Positions 61,288-64,000 of a DNA stretch of 64,000 bases are shown here, one piece after another. The stretch's first letter is position 1, and each line of letters starts with the position of its first letter. The stretch comes from Tubulanus polymorphus (taxonomy: Eukaryota; Animalia; Nemertea), in assembly GCF_964204645.1 (NCBI RefSeq), contig NC_134034.1, positions 10,366,962 through 10,430,961 of the forward strand. Direction: 5' to 3'. Below the pieces are notes generated by a model that had not been told where the DNA came from, made no database searches, and worked only from the letters and a program-made list of their open reading frames with translations. Both the position numbers and the translations under genes were made by a program.

Positions 61288-62699
61288 GGTCGGCGAACTT
61301 TGAAATCTTGGAATTCTTGGCCACATTGGGCAATTTTGAAAATTCGAGATCGTATCGGGCAACACGAGCAATAGGGCCTCGGTCCTATGCACTTGCCGGA
61401 CTATTTTCACAACCGGTAGAAGACGCCTCTTGATATATCAGATTGGAAATCGCGCCGATATAGCGCCTGCATCACCCGCAGCTATGGAAGCTTAATTTCC
61501 GTTAAATCTCATCCCGCAGACGAAGATATCAAAAATGAATCCGTCGTCAGATACACGTCACCGGCTCAGAAGGGCCTGCGGCGTTTTCATTTCAACGAAT
61601 ATTATTACTTTGTGACTGTGCGCGTTTTCGTTCGAATCGTCGTGTGTGGTTTGCGTTGTATGATGTTCGGCGCGACCGCCGCGACGCCGAATCAAAGCAG
61701 AAACCGTCGATTAATCACCGATAATCTCCTTCTCTTCTGCTCGTCGCGCAGACGCGATTGTGTAAAATTTTGAATCGTAACCGCCGCCGCGATTCATCGT
61801 TTCGTCAGCCAGTAACTTCCGCACTTGTCAGTTTTCATTTCGACTGAATTAACCGATTCGCATTAATTGGAAAATGATGAAAAGCGTTTGATTCAAACTG
61901 CGTAGAGCGGGGTCAAGGTCATGTGGTGACAAGCTTCAATGTCAAGGTTATTAAATGGATATTATTGGTTGTAAAACAAAAATGTCCGCCTACTGACTGG
62001 TCTGAGGTTGTTTGATTGGTTATAGAACCAAAATGAGCTTAGACTGATCTTAGATTTTCAGATTGGTTATAGAACCAAAAAAATGGTCTTATGATAAGCT
62101 TTGAAAACTTAAAATCTGGTCGCATCCCGCGCTACTGACTGTGTGTGTGTATAATTTGGCCCTCAGGAGATTTAAATCATCCGTGTAACTCGAGTCGGGC
62201 TTGTCGCATCCGCTATTCCATCTAATCAACATTACTGTCAGATAAACGTACGTGTGTCCGACTGTAAACAAACGACACAACACCTCCGCTAGTGACATCC
62301 GAAACATACTCAATTTACTCTGAAACAAATTCCCGAAAACCATCAAAGTGTTCTGCCGGTAACGAGCCATCGGAGAACCGGCGGCGAGCGGAGCCCGAGT
62401 CGGCAGCTGCATGGAAAGCGAACTATGTTAATAAAGCGATTAATATGCGTTACGGCGCTCCATATACGTCTCTGTAATCCCCCTTCAGAGGTTTTCTATG
62501 ATGTGCTCACTTCGCTTTATTATTCGCTCAGATATGTTTTCCTCTCTACTCGAATGAAAATGTCGAATGCTGATAAGTAGGTTATGTAGGAGAAAATGGT
62601 AATGATTTTGAGAATTTCGACTCGGGCAAGTTGCCGAGTTGTTAAACACTGCCTTACGTAGTTGCCATTGACACTGGCCACCAATTAACAATATCATAG

Positions 62700-62990
62700 A
62701 AAACAACAATGCATAATAGATGTACAATATTGTAGTACGTAATGTGCAATAACATAGTACATGCATAACTAATGTGCAATAATATAGTACGTTACAATGC
62801 GTAATGAATGTGCAATAACATAATACATAACATTGCATAATGAATGTACAATAGGCCTATTGTGCGATATGAATGTACAATAGGCCTATCGTACATATTG
62901 TGCGATAACATAGTACATAATGTACAATTTCATTGTACATTACGATGCATTATGAATGTGCAATAACATAATTCATAACAATGCATAACA
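62700..62990. repeat. Degenerate AT-rich tandem repeat (aatgtgcaataacatagtac)
   Basis: Direct inspection. Confidence 0.7.
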
Positions 62991-63698
62991 AATGCCCAAT
63001 GACCTTTGTTCGTATATTATGGAGGGCGCACCAAACGAAGAACACATCCGGGTTACGGCGCAGAGCAAAACCTAATTGTGCTGACTGCACCCGTAAAACC
63101 AATCATTGCAGAACAGCAATTATATTACATGCCGTCCACGCCTTGAATATATACATAGATAGGGCCTATTAGCGGACAGAATCTCTCGCTATTAGGCGAC
63201 TAGGTTTTTACGATCTCCAATTATTGAGCGCACACTGTTCTAGGGCGTGCATCCTATCCCCTCATATCGAATGCATGGTTGACTCGTTTAGGTTACTGTG
63301 TGAATATAAATGACGGCATTTATTCGCAGACGACGACGACGACGCGAGTTGAAGAGAACTCTGGAAACGAAGATCGACTCGGTCAGTGCTATATAGCTAC
63401 AGGTGATCGAATAAGAAGGTCTCGACCAATTACCAGCGCCCCGAAGGCACACTTAACTCGCGTTCTTGTGTGTCTTCAGTAGCGCCCTTGATGGTAACTG
63501 CGCGCCGGATGGTCAAACAATCGGTCTTCGTAAAAGCACTGTCGCCATTAAGTCGACAAGATCGGGATATTTGTTATGGATACGATATACGTAGGCATAC
63601 TCCCTATATGCTGAGCAGGTTCGACCGTTTTGTACTCAGTGAAGTCGTTGGCATTGGTAAAATCCTCGACCAAATTCGAGAAAAACGGTGGATCGGTT

Positions 63699-63996
63699 AA
63701 GTTGGAAACTGGTAAAATTCAACCCCGAGTTGATGCTGTCAAATACTGAGTAAGAGTTTGTGAAATACAGTAGACTCTGTCTCTTACTGCGGTAAAGTTG
63801 AGGCTGGTAAAATTCTACCCCGAGTTTGTGTCAAATACTCAGTAAGAGTTTGTGAAATACAGTAGACTCTGTCTCTTACTGCGGTAAAGTTGAGACTGGT
63901 AAAATTCTACCCCGAGTTGGTGTCAAATACTGAGTAAGAGTTTGTGAAATACAGTAGACTCTGTCTCTTACTGCGGTAAAGTTGAGACTGGTAAAA
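63699..63996 (+). repeat. 92-bp tandem repeat family (array at window end)
   Basis: Same unit. Confidence 0.93.
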
Positions 63997-64000
63997 TAAT

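Overview
Eukaryotic (animal, invertebrate-like) genomic DNA: AT-rich, not obviously CpG-depleted, and dense in satellites and non-autonomous transposons. The species cannot be established from the sequence alone. Three protein-coding genes are supportable. Two are intronless Fer3/Nato3 (FERD3L, PTFb-family) bHLH paralogs arranged tail-to-tail about 26 kb apart (14982-15665 +, 41946-42728 -). The third is a 10-exon tryptophan-hydroxylase-like aromatic amino acid hydroxylase (about 46887-54298 +, 458 aa by my splice model), head-to-head with the second bHLH gene. Main observations: (1) the bHLH paralogs, unalignable by eye outside the bHLH region, share an 86-nt tract with 84/86 identity including synonymous sites, which suggests gene conversion; (2) the TPH-like enzyme keeps all iron ligands but has Val at the Phe/Trp substrate-specificity position, lacks the PWFP motif and has a remodelled ACT domain; (3) a 36-bp array of E-box and kappaB-like motifs sits at the midpoint between the bHLH genes; (4) a 12x tandem tRNA/SINE-head array lies between the divergent Fer3 and TPH starts; (5) several satellites appear to derive from MITE termini. 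Nearly all other ORFs in the track are repeat-derived or spurious. Repeat boundaries are approximate. Reference-protein comparisons are from memory and need an alignment.
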